Origin: Antechinus flavipes
Lineage: Eukaryota
NCBI RefSeq assembly: GCF_016432865.1
Contig: NC_067400.1
Location: 545,414,001 to 545,478,000 of the forward strand
Length of the DNA stretch: 64,000 nt
Direction of reading: 5' to 3'
A program made the translations under genes and the position numbers. The stretch's first letter is position 1, and each line of letters opens with the position of its first letter. Below, piece after piece: positions 53,288-64,000 of this stretch. Below the pieces are notes generated by a model, which had not been told where the DNA came from, searched no databases, and saw only the letters and a program-made list of their open reading frames with translations.

Positions 53288-53499
53288 AGGTATAGGACAG
53301 AAACAGCAAATGGTATATAAACAGACATTCTCTTTAGTTTCAAGATTAAAGAATCAAATTTATTAAATTTAGTCAGAATTAGCTAGAAACATCTAGATTT
53401 GGAACCAGAGAAGCAGATACCCTCTTAAAGCTGTCCTGAGAAATAAAGCCTATTGTTCAAGGAATGCTATCTAGGGACTAAATAACTACATGATTCTTC

Positions 53500-54560
53500 A
53501 GAGACTCAAAATGTGCTGATCGAATGCATATTGAAGATGGTGTTACTAGAATACAAGGAGACTTGATTTTACTCATATTTGTTTTCTTGGTTACCTTGGA
53601 AACATGTAAATCTCCCTTCTCAGAATTAATCCATTTTGAAACCTCTAAGTAGTTTGATCTTTACCTGACTTTTGCAATTATGCAATTTTGGAAATTGTGA
53701 GAAAAACTTTGTGTATTGTTTGAACCTAGCCCTATGTGACAAGGAAACTAGATCATCTCTATTTATTATGTGGAGATTTCTGGACCAGAAACTCAGATCT
53801 AAAGATTGATGCAAGTTTTCTTACCTGAAAATTGGTACCATTCTGATCAAGCAATCATTGTTTCTGAAGCCCCCTCCTAGTCCTTCTGACTAGTCCTACT
53901 TCTGCCAAATTTGTGGGTGTGGACTCCTGGATCATCTGAAGAAAGCCCTTGCTCCTGAGTAGATGGCAGAACCCTTTGGAGACCTCAAGATTCATTCAAG
54001 ACCAGAAGCAGCTGATATCCCAAATGAGACAGCTGTCCCATGATTCCTGAAGAAGGCTGAGTATACTGCCCTAGTTTTTTTTTTTTTTTTTTTCCTTTTC
54101 CCTTTTGTTATGTGCCCAACCACCAAGGCCCTAATTCTACTGGCTTTTTCTCCCTCTACATTATTAGCCCCTCTCTCTTTTCAGCTTGCAAGCAAACAAT
54201 GGCTAGCAATGATACTTGGGCATGCACTTCCCATTGGTCGCCTCTCAAGGAATTGACCTCGTGGGATAACAATGCTCATTCTAACCAAACTTATCCCTTG
54301 TGGCATTTTGGCTTATACCTGCACTTTCCTTACTGGCCAAAATGGTAGGGATTCTTTCAGGTCCTCTCTCTTTGACCCAAAAGGGAAAATGTCAAAATAT
54401 TAGGGAACATCTTGTTTTACAGACCAGCAAGCAGTTTGTGCCCTGACCTTGACATAACAACAATTCTTTGCACTCACCCTCTCTATAATCCCATCCTCTG
54501 TTAAAATCATATAATTATTGTATTGCTTCGACTACGGCCTACTCTGTTCAGCTTTAGCCA
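53500..54560 (+). mobile_element. ERV internal remnant (integrase C-terminus, possibly env start)
   Basis: From 53865: *SPLLVLLTSPTSAKFVGVDSWII, then EPFGDLKI, resembling the class I ERV motif WxGPYxVLLTTPTAxKVxGIxSWIH...EPLxDLKL. Confidence 0.65.
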
Positions 54561-54589
54561 ACTACAAGTTAGAGGCTGGTTCCATCAGG

Positions 54590-55600
54590 ATGACATTAGG
54601 AAATAATTAACACTAATGATTACATTATAATTAAGAGGTTGGGAAAGGCTTTCCTGTAGAAGATGGGATTTTAGGGGGAACTTAAAGGAAGCCAGGAGAT
54701 AAAGATGAGAAAGAATCTCCCAGAATAGGGGGCACAGCCTGAGAAAAAGTAAAGCTAAGATATGATGTGTCTTGTTTGTGGAACTACAAGGAGTCCAGTG
54801 TCAGTGAATTGAAGAATTCATAGTGGGGAGTAGAAACATAAAATATAAAAAGTCTAGAATGGTCTTAACGCATGAAGATAGTGCTTTAAGGTTTGCAAAG
54901 CACTTTATAGATATTAGCTCATTTGATCTTCATATTTAATAATATTAATAACTAACATTTATATAGTACTTACATTATTTTCTTTGCTTATTTATTTTTT
55001 AAATAATGCTTACTTTATGCTAAGAGTGCCTTATACTTATCTTACACTTAAAAGTGTTTTTACACTTATCTCATTTGATCCTCACAAAAATCCTATGTGG
55101 TACATGCTATCATCATCCTCATTTTACAGATGAGGAAACTAAGATAAACAGAAGTTAATTGACTTGCCCAAAGTTACCCATATAATAAGTATCTGAGGCT
55201 GAATTTAAACTTAGATCTTCCTGACTCCATGTACAACACTCTATCCATCAGACCATCCATCTAATCCCTAGGTAATTTTTCACTTTCATAGATCTCATTC
55301 TATACTTTTATGTATTTAATCAAACATTATTTATTATACAAGTGTAACAGCTACAATAATTATATGATTCTGGAAAAGATCTTCATAGATGGGCTGAGAA
55401 TTAAGTCATATAATGAGAAAGGATTGGCAGGAGGAAAGCATGTAGTATATTCCAAAAACTGGGAGAATTCTGGTTTGCTGGGACTCCTGAAATATGAAGA
55501 GACATGTGCTAAAGATAAAAAGTGGTGGTTGTCAGATTTTAGATCTTCAATGTTAATCTACAGTGATATGTCCTTACCCAGATATTGGGGTAGGGGAATG
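54590..55600 (-). mobile_element. L2 and MIR fragments
   Basis: L2 'gggaaaggctttcctgtagaagatgggattt'; MIR 'cctcattttacagatgaggaaactaag'. Confidence 0.75.
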
Positions 55601-55894
55601 AAAAGACAAAAGTAGTCTTATTTATTATGTTGTTAATAATTATGATTTTCTTTTTTTAAAGATGTCCAGGATTTACCTCCAGGTAGGAAGCAGCAAACCC
55701 TGAGCAGTGACTCAGAAGCTTGAACTTAGTTATGAGTAGATTCTATAGCTAGAAGAAAGTAAAAGTATTTGATACTAATTAGTCTTAGTACACTAAGGCT
55801 AATTATCAGCTTAGCTCTGTCAATGTGTTGGAAGATGGAGCAGGGCCATAGCCGTGGCCCAAGTTCATTGAGACAGGCTTTTATCAGCAGACAG

Positions 55895-56830
55895 GTTGTG
55901 CAGGTTGTCCAGGGGCAGAGGTTGGAGTCAGGAAGACCTGACTTCAGATTATATCTGAGACATTTAACTAGCTGTGTTGTGACCTTGGGCAAACCACTTA
56001 AATGTTTACCTCAGTTTCTTCATTTGTAAAATGAGGATAATAACACATACCTCCCAGGGCTGTTATAGGGATCAAATGAGTTAACAGATGTAAATCACTT
56101 TGCAAACCTCAAAGTGCTCTATAAATTACAGCTCTTATTATCTCTTGTTGTTCAGTCACTAAATTTTTTTCTAGTCATGTCCAACTCTTTATGACTTCAT
56201 TTGGCATTTTCTTGGCAAAAATGCTAGAGTGGTTACCTTTTTTTTTTCCTTCAGCTCATTCTACAGATGAGGACATTGAGACAAATAGAGTTAAGTGATT
56301 TGGAAAAGATCACATGGCCTAGTAGGTGTCTGAATCCAGATTTAAACTCAGGAAGAGTAGTCTTCTTGAGTCCACAAGTCCGGTCCTCTATGCGTCTTTT
56401 TTAGAAGAAGTTATTATGTGGCATTTTAGGATTGACTAGGGGGACATGCAGAAGTCTAGAAAGTGAAGATGAAAGAGATTTCACTATTAAGAACCAGAAT
56501 AGTTCATTAAATTTGCTTTAGCTGAAGCAAACCAAACCTGAACAAAAAGTCCTAGTACAATATACATGATAAGCAGTCTTCCAATCTTTTGATAAGTAGC
56601 TAGTTCATTTTAGAGGGCTGAACTTGGAAACAGGAAGATCAACATTTGAATCTTACTTCAGATACTAGCTGTGTAACCCCATGCAAGACACTTAAACTTT
56701 CTGTGCTGTGGTTTCCTCATCTGTAAAATGAGAATAACAATACTTTCTAGAGCTGTTAAGAGAATCAGATGAGTTAATATAGGTAAAGTGCTTTACAAAT
56801 CATAAAGTGCTCCACAAAGGCTAGGACTGT
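55895..56830. mobile_element. Cluster of three MIR/Mar1 SINEs (+, -, +)
   Basis: CORE motifs at about 55990-56040, 56255-56340 and 56670-56740. Confidence 0.8.
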
Positions 56831-56939
56831 TGTTATGCTAACCTCAGAGCACAATTTGTTTGCTGGGCCTTAGCCCTGGAAAATGGGGTTTCTCCTAATA
56901 TTTTGACAATATTATTTACTTCAATCACTCCTATAAAGG

Positions 56940-59000
56940 GAAATGCAGGACCTTATAAGGTAACATTTACTTTTGGATCATTCCAGTTGTTAAGCTTTTC
57001 CTTTCCTTGAGTCTAAGCCTTCCTCTTTGCCACTTCTACCTTTTCCTCTCAGTTACCTTCCAGGGCCAAGCAGAGTATCTCCCTGCTTTCTAACCCCACT
57101 CCCTCCTGTATTTGGTACCATTTTAAGTATTGAAAACAACCATCATATTCCCCCTCAGTTTTGTCTTCTCCTAGCTAAAAACCTCTAGTTTTTCCAAATG
57201 AACCTTATATAAAATGAAATTGAAGATTTTTATAGTTCTGGTAGTCTTACTGTTTCCAGCTTATCCACATACACTGTTATGCCGGAGAAACTGAGCAAGA
57301 CAGAGATTAGAGAACAACTAAATAGTTTATTAAATGGAGAGATTTACTGGGACCAAATGATCCACGTTTAGTCCCAGGACTGAACGAAACTATTGTCTCA
57401 AAGAATCCAGCCCTGAATTTCAGACAGCAAGACTCTTTTATAGGATAACAAGAACAATGACATCATGGGGGAGGTACCTGATGGGGATAACCTAATGGGG
57501 GGAGGCACCTAGGATGACAAAATGGAGAAGGTACTGGAGAGGTTACTGATATTCTAATGATGTCTAAAATGGACCTTTATCATGTCAAACATTAAGAAGG
57601 AATGATTATAGCCTAAAGACATAAAACTTTTATCTCATCAAACATTAAGAGGGAAAGGTTATAACGTGAGGCAGAGTAACTAAATAGGACAATTAGAGAA
57701 ACTGGGTCAGGACATTAAAAGGGAATTGTGGCACAACAGGATACTCCACATGTGCTCTGATTGATGTTTCATATTAAACTTGTAAGGCCCAGAGTCCCTT
57801 TTTTTTTTTTTTTCACATGAACTGATGTCTAATCTTTACTTCTTTATTTTGTATTTAAGAAGTAGATTTAAAAAAATGCAAATGTTACACTTTAGATTAC
57901 TCTCTAGTACATATGATCATATTAAGTTTGGCCCACTGCTATATCATATCAAGATCTTTTTAGATCCCAGATTGTTAGTTATCCCTCCTAAATTTTTCTC
58001 ACCTGCTAATCATATCATGTAAGTTTTTATCAAAACCATTGATAAAATTGCTAATTAGGAAGTGATTAGCCACTTAAACATATACTGTCTAATCATAAGA
58101 CTCTTAGGATTCTTGAGATTGAAACTATTTTCATGATAACACTAAGACATTTTAATTTAAAATATGGTAATTATTAAATTTAAAATTAAATATTAAATAA
58201 AAATTCTTCAGAGAAGGAAATAGCAGACAACTCCAGTATCTTTGCCAAGAAAACTCTATGGACTGAAAGGTTCATGCAATCATGAAGAATCAGAAATGAC
58301 TGAACAAATGAACAAAATATTAGAATGATACTGACATGATATATTAAAGAATCCTATTTAAGCATGTTAATGTACTATTAGATAACATCTACATAAACAA
58401 AAGCTCTTGCTGGGTAGGAGAATTTTTAAGAGTATAAAGATCCTAAGACCAAAAAGTCTGAGAACCCACTGATCTAGCCCATATCTTTTCATCTTGCCAA
58501 CAAGAATAACATGAGAGGCTTTGTCGAATGCATCATTAAAATCTAGGTAAGCTCTATCTCTAGAGCATTCTCCTGATCTCTCAGTCTAGTAATTCTGTCA
58601 AAAAAGGAAATGAGGTCATTCTGGCATGACCTGCTCTTAATGAAGCTATGTTGGCTCTTTGAGATCAACACTTCCATTTCTGATGGTCATTACACATTCC
58701 TTTAATAATATATTCTAAAATGTTCCCTAGCATCTAAGTGAAGCTCATTAACTTACAGTTTTTAAGATGGCACTACTTTCTCTTTTTTGAAACCAGCACA
58801 TTTGTTTCACTCCAGTCTCACTGTATTTCCCCCACTCTACCATTTTTCAAAGGTCGTTGAAAATAGTTCAACAATTGTAGCTAACAATTCTTCCAATATT
58901 CTGAAATATAATGAATGCCTAGGTCTCTTCTCTATCACAAATTCTAAGACTGAATGCTCATATTCCTCGAAGATTCCCACCTGTCTACTCTAGCAACCAA
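56940..59000 (-). mobile_element. Decayed L3/CR1 with nested LTR and SINE
   Basis: Minus strand near 58510-58660 reads SQHSFIKSRSCQNDLISFFDRITRL...YLDFNDAFDK (CR1 RT, frameshifted); CR1 C-terminal region near 57130-57200. Confidence 0.85.
57275..57738 (-). mobile_element. Solo LTR (family A, copy 2)
   Basis: TG...CA termini; aligns end to end with 15850-16298; no clean TSD. Confidence 0.9.
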
Positions 59001-59605
59001 TCCCTCCTAATTGGTAAGAAAGATTGTTTCTGGTTTTGCTTCCATTGATTGTAACCTATATTGAAGGGAAAAAAGAGTAAGAGAGTAGTTGCCAGGAGAT
59101 CAGAGGATAGAGATATGTAGATGAGGCTGAAGAAAGAACCCCAGGCATGGAATCTGGAAGTAAATAGTTTTGGATTCAGATAGGAAAGTATTTTCCTAGA
59201 GAGAAATCAAAAGAGAGGACATGAAGGACTTCTAAAGACTAGAAGTCCAGGTAAGAAATCCCATGGAAAATACAGATCAGGACTGGGTACCTTGGAGGTA
59301 AATTGTCTGTGTTCTACAACTTCCATAATTGAGAAGATACTGGACAGCCAAATTAATGACAAGGAAATTAAAAATGAATTAATGTAAATTGTAACATTTG
59401 TGGAGATTGCCTGTGCCACTCTATTCAGGGTAGCTTTATCTATAGGAAGTTGAAGGTAGGAGACTATTAACAAACAGAAAGGAGAAAATGGGATTTCAAG
59501 AGCCCAGGGAGGAGCATGGAATTGGAAGATAGAGTTATAGATAAGAGAAGTCAAATGTGGAGTTGTGGTTGAAAAAGAAAAAGAAGACAATTAAGTAGGG
59601 GGAGA

Positions 59606-60205
59606 TATCCTCAAATTTAGTCCATTGAGATTAAGATGATTAATACAGAGCAGAGTCAAGAGCTTTCATTCTCCATTCTAATCCAAGGGGCTTTCAGGAA
59701 TAACCATAAAAAATGGATGGCACCAATCAATCACCAAGCTGAACTGGATGAGATGAGATCTTTCAACACAGTTGTGAAAATTGAGTAAGGCTTCATCTAC
59801 TTCAGAGTTTGATTAGGCCTGAAGGATTTTGAAGATTGATCCAAGGGCATACCTAAGTCAGTCCCCTTCCTGCTATCCTCCCATGACATCATTTTCTCCC
59901 TATTTCAGTCAAATATGGGCAACTATGTAATTATTGGTCAAGTTCAATTTCTTGCGTAGTTCCCGAGTTTAGAATGTAAGATCCTCAGCCAAAGGGGATG
60001 AGGGTCAGTGGTGGGAGGGGTATTTGTGTTAGGGATTAAAAGTATTAACCCTGCCCCAGAAGGTGCTTCCTCATTTCCATTGTGTGCTCAACTGGTGGGA
60101 CACCCTTCTCTCTGAGAAAGTATAATAAACTTTGCTTTGCTTCTAGAGATCTCTCCAGCATTTTTTTTATTAACTGGTGACTCCTCACCATTTCTGAACC
60201 ACACA
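59606..60205 (+). mobile_element. LTR preceded by a polypurine tract (probable 3' LTR)
   Basis: 'aagtagggggaga' immediately upstream; 'aataaactttgc' poly-A signal near 60124; ends 'aaccacaca'. Confidence 0.65.
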
Positions 60206-60449
60206 AAGCATTTACTGAATGCTAAACTTGTACTAGGTACAATGTGCTAGGAATACAAAGAAAAAAGAAAAGGAAAAAGAAAAATCTACCCTCCCTTAAG
60301 GAGATTATATTCTAAACAACTACATTCAATTTTGTGTGTTGCAAAGTGACTGTACCCTGTTGCCATTCATGCTAGGAAATTAGAGAGATTGAAGGGAAAT
60401 TAGCTTTAACTTTCTTGAACATGTAGGAAATCTGTACTCGAGTATAGGT

Positions 60450-60640
60450 ATACAGATATAGAGAGAGAGGGGACCCCAAGGGCCATCTGATTCAATATTC
60501 TCATTGAACAGATGAGAGCAGAGATAGAGGGAAATTAAGTGACTCAACCAGCATTGCACAGTAATTAAGTGTCAGAGGCTAGATTTAGACACAGGCTTTC
60601 TCCCTCCAGAGTCTGAGCTCTTTATCTTATACCACTTTGT
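60450..60640 (-). mobile_element. MIR
   Basis: 'ctcattgaacagatgagagc...attaagtgactcaacc...aagtgtcagaggctagatttagac'. Confidence 0.7.
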
Positions 60641-60692
60641 CTTTTATGTTTCTTTCCTTGGTAGTTTTGCTGTTTTGTGCTAGTGATATTAT

Positions 60693-61085
60693 TGAGGTGG
60701 GAGATACCTGAAAAGATCCCCAGGTCAGTGTCACAGGTACAGCGAAATAATTTGAAAACTCAAGTTTGTCTCCAAGTTAAGGGACAAAGATTTATTTCAC
60801 TGCTAGATAGCCGGCTAAAATTCCAAGGGAATTTAGCAAAGAGCCAAAAGCAAGAAGATAATTTTATTGAAAAGAAAAAAAAAAGATTAGGTTCAAGTCA
60901 CTGATATGTTAATTTTGTGGCTAAGAGGTATAATTGAGAAGTGGTAGGGGTGGGGTTGCACCCATTATTGAACTGAGGCCTAGCTGCTTCCATACTTGAC
61001 TTCGATGGCTTAGTGACCCTACTGGTTGTTCTGTCAGCATAATTAGTGGCATTCCCCAGGCTGGGTAGCCTTAAGAGTTCTCACA
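60693..61085 (-). mobile_element. Probable solo LTR
   Basis: 'tgaggtggg...gttctcaca' with LTR-like composition; TSD not found. Confidence 0.45.
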
Positions 61086-61109
61086 GTCTTCCTATGAGCT
61101 ATATCTCAT

Positions 61110-61375
61110 TCATATGACTGTGGTATTGTTAGTCATTTTTCAGTTGTTTCTGATTTTTTTTTGTGACTCTGTTTAGGGTTTTCTTGCCAAAAAAAATGGG
61201 CCTAGTTTGCCATTTTCTTCTCCAGCTCATTTTACAGATGAGAAAACTGTGTTAAGTGAAATGATTTGCCCAGGGTTATACAGGTAGATAGTATCTGAAG
61301 GTAGATTTGAGCTCAGGAATATGCATCTTCCTGACTTCAGGCCCCACACTCTGTCCACTAAGCCACCTAGTTGTC
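61110..61375 (-). mobile_element. Mar1/MIR-like SINE
   Basis: 'tagggttttcttgcc...gccattttcttctccagctcattttacagatgagaaaactg...tttgagctcagg'. Confidence 0.85.
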
Positions 61376-63289
61376 TTAATAAGATATTAAATAAAATGTC
61401 TAGTAAGATACTAATATGCCATTACTTATCTTAAAAATAAAAGGCCCAGAAGTCCTACCAAGGGTTCATTTATTCACTGCTGCCCACTTGGTTTAGACAT
61501 CAACCATCTTCATGTTCCTAGGGGCACCTTGGGGTTGCAGTGCTTTCAGCTTCCGTCTGTCCGTAGTCTTTAGCCATGAGATTGTAAACTGAAAGACAGG
61601 GACTTTCTTTTTCTTATTTCTATCACTCTAGCACTAATAGGTACTAAACACCACCTATATTATATTTTACTGTATGGGAGCTCAATCTTAATCTATATTG
61701 GATACTTACCAACTCAAAACAACCGAGATGAAACTGAGATTCATTATAAGATAGAAATAGGTCTGAAGTAGGAAGACAGAAGAGGAAGAGATAGTTTCCC
61801 TAATCAACCCATAAAAACCTTTACAATTTAGGGGATTTTTATCTTTTTTATCTTGTAAAGTACTCCGTTATATGTTTCCACCTAAGTAAATTTCCTGAAT
61901 TTGTTGTTATATAGTTCAGAAGCAAGAGGGGGCATCTTCCAGACAGTTCCACACTTCTCTTCCTTCTTTTCCCCAGACCTTAAAGGAAAGAAAGTAAGTT
62001 AGGGGAAGTGATAATGAAAGAAACCCAGGAAGGGGCTTTTTTTTTTGGGGGGGGGCGAAGAAGGAGGGGGAGGGGGGAGTGCTATAAAACTGAGTTGGTA
62101 TAAGTGGAAAAGACCTGGCACCATCCCTTCCTGACTCACTTTTTCCAAGGCCAAGTGCCACCTGGTAACACATTTATGACATTATGCTATCTATACATTA
62201 GGCTTAATCTTCTAATGATAAAATGACCTAAAAGTAGATGCTAACTCTAGACACTGGAAGACAGCCACATAAAAAAACGAGGTGTCATTAATAGAAAGGA
62301 AGGCTGTCAGACATACTGAAATGTACTTCAAATACTTTACGAGTTATATAGTCTTAGGTAGGTTTGCCTTAATTATCGGCTAGGCTAAACTATTGGTCGA
62401 TGTCCCAAGAACAATTCCAAGCAATCACAGGTGACAACTTTTAGCATCTCTCTTCTCAACATTGTACATAGTGTGTACTTCTGTATATAGTGTAATTAAT
62501 ATTAAAATTGTAATAAACAGTAAGGATGAACACTGAACAAGGGGATGAGTGATTGAACTTCTCAAACAACATACTCCAAGGAAGCAGTATCTGAAGGGAG
62601 CAAACAGAAGAGATAACTGGGAAAATTTCAAGAGAGGTGGATGATGAGAAGAAACCCAATCAAACTGAGTTTTGTTATTCAACCCTCTTATCTATAACGT
62701 CATCTCCCTCTACCACCTAACCTTTCAGGAACCTTCCTTTCTTTGGCTTTCCAATTAATCGCTTAAACAAGAACTGCAGTAAAAGAGTACTTGCATGTAT
62801 ACAATGGCCTCCCTAGGCTGGGAGTTCCAGAGCTTTCTCCCTCTCTCTACATCTAGGGTGCGGCGGGACAAGTAAATACATATAAATTATTTAAAAAGGT
62901 CAAGAGGAAGAAGTAACAATTATGGTTCACATTTACCCGACGCTTTACAGAATTAAAATAATTTAGTTGGAGAAGTAGATGGCAAAGCTCTTTATTTTAA
63001 AAATCCTATGTAAATGTCAGCCGCTTCTGTTGCCCACGTAGGCTGACTTGCTCCAACCAGGTCCTTTGGAACCGACTAAGGAAGTGCAACCACTTCATTT
63101 TCTCACCAAGGTGCCCTGGCTAAATTCACATGTCGAAACGTTATTAAACGTGGACATAAACTGAAAACACAATTGGGAAAATTTCAGGAGATGCAAGGTG
63201 GACTTCCATCAACCAAAGTTTATCTAGTTCCCTTAGCTGTAACATTACCTCCTTCCCCCACCTGCACCTTCCACGTCTTGGCGTTCCAA

Positions 63290-64000
63290 TTAATCAGTTA
63301 ATTAGGCTCATGACCGCCCTGGGCCCAGCTCTTACAGCATGAACTAGGTGAGCTGAATCAAAACTGGAAAGGCGAAGGCGGGAACGGGAATTCCGCAGCG
63401 TAACTAACACCCTCACTCCCTCCCCACTCACTAAACTGGGACTCTTTCCCTCCTCCCCATTAATTTAGTTCCCGAAGTTAGCTTCTGCGTAGAAATATTT
63501 GCTACGACGAAGCCAGGACACCAGAGACCCAAACCATAGGGATAGTCGGCGTAGCAGCAAGAATGCAGCGAGACAAGGCAGCACCCGGCCCCACATTACT
63601 GAAACTACAAATCCCAAGATGCAATTCGGTCTCCGCCCCTTCTCCGCTTGTCCGAGCTCGCCGAGACCGCGAGCACTCTAGGAATGTTCTCGTGCACGCG
63701 CCTCCGGCGCATTGCGTCTAGCTATTCCCAATTTCTTGGGGCGCCGATTGCTTCCGGCCCTTTCAGATTCTTCCTATAGTAGGGAGGCAGGAGTAGGCGG
63801 TGCCATAGGCTAGCACGTCTTTTGCCTGAGGTCGGGAATACGCGTGTTCTTTCCACTGGAGGATAAAAAGGGCGGGGTCTGGAAGTTCCAGTTGGAAAGC
63901 AGAGGACTGAAAGGGAGGCGACATGGGAGGAGAAATGAGAGGGCATGCGCAGTAGGGGAAACTTAGAGAAGAAAGCGTAGGTGCATCCGTGTTTGAGCAG
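63290..64000. promoter_or_regulatory. CpG-island-like, TATA-less housekeeping promoter (transcription direction not determined)
   Basis: Sharp rise in CpG and GC content against a CpG-poor window. ACTACAaaTCCCAagATGCA (ZNF143/THAP11-type) 63604-63623; GC boxes 63633-63638 and 63870-63877; ETS CTTCCGG 63751-63757; NRF1-like GCATGCGCA 63943-63951. Confidence 0.85.

Noticed and set aside
55677-55748. 72-nt minus-strand exon-like unit with good splice sites
   Set aside because: Stops in all three frames and no supporting context
59207-59590. 127-aa minus-strand ORF as a gene
   Set aside because: Non-ATG start, no recognisable motif, and pyrimidine-biased antisense of probable ERV sequence
52369-60205. 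A single provirus spanning both plus-strand LTRs
   Set aside because: The LTRs are not near-identical, and the interval is filled with L2, MIR and CR1 elements that are normally older than ERVs
1-64000. CRISPR array, tRNA/rRNA/snRNA genes, numt, non-retroviral viral insert
   Set aside because: No regular repeat-spacer array and no recognisable structural RNA, mitochondrial or viral peptide by eye; tRNA-like stretches are SINE heads. A decayed copy could be missed without a profile search

Overview
This is AT-rich, repeat-dense mammalian genomic DNA with five short assembly gaps. The repeat content (MIR and Mar1/WSINE-like SINEs, RTE-tailed SINEs, abundant L2 and L3/CR1, and many L1 3' ends) points to a marsupial, probably a dasyurid; this is an inference from repeat content only. 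I find no intact protein-coding gene, RNA gene or CRISPR array. Nearly every ORF in the supplied track is a decayed transposon piece, a microsatellite read-through or a read-through across an N-gap. The clearest functional element is a CpG-rich, TATA-less, housekeeping-type promoter at about 63.3-64 kb, with ZNF143/THAP11, ETS, Sp1 and NRF1-like motifs. The rest is a layered transposon record: (1) an L3/CR1 relic that still shows ORF1 esterase, endonuclease and RT motifs; (2) a long L2 ORF2 relic; (3) about nine LTRs, two of them split by L1 insertions with target-site duplications (TSDs); (4) a class I-like ERV integrase remnant; (5) an L1 with ORF1 fused to its 3' UTR; (6) three local duplications. 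A few splice-site-bounded exon candidates occur on both strands, but I could not assign them to a gene. I see no convincing evidence of a new biological system. Repeat boundaries are estimated by eye unless a TSD is quoted.
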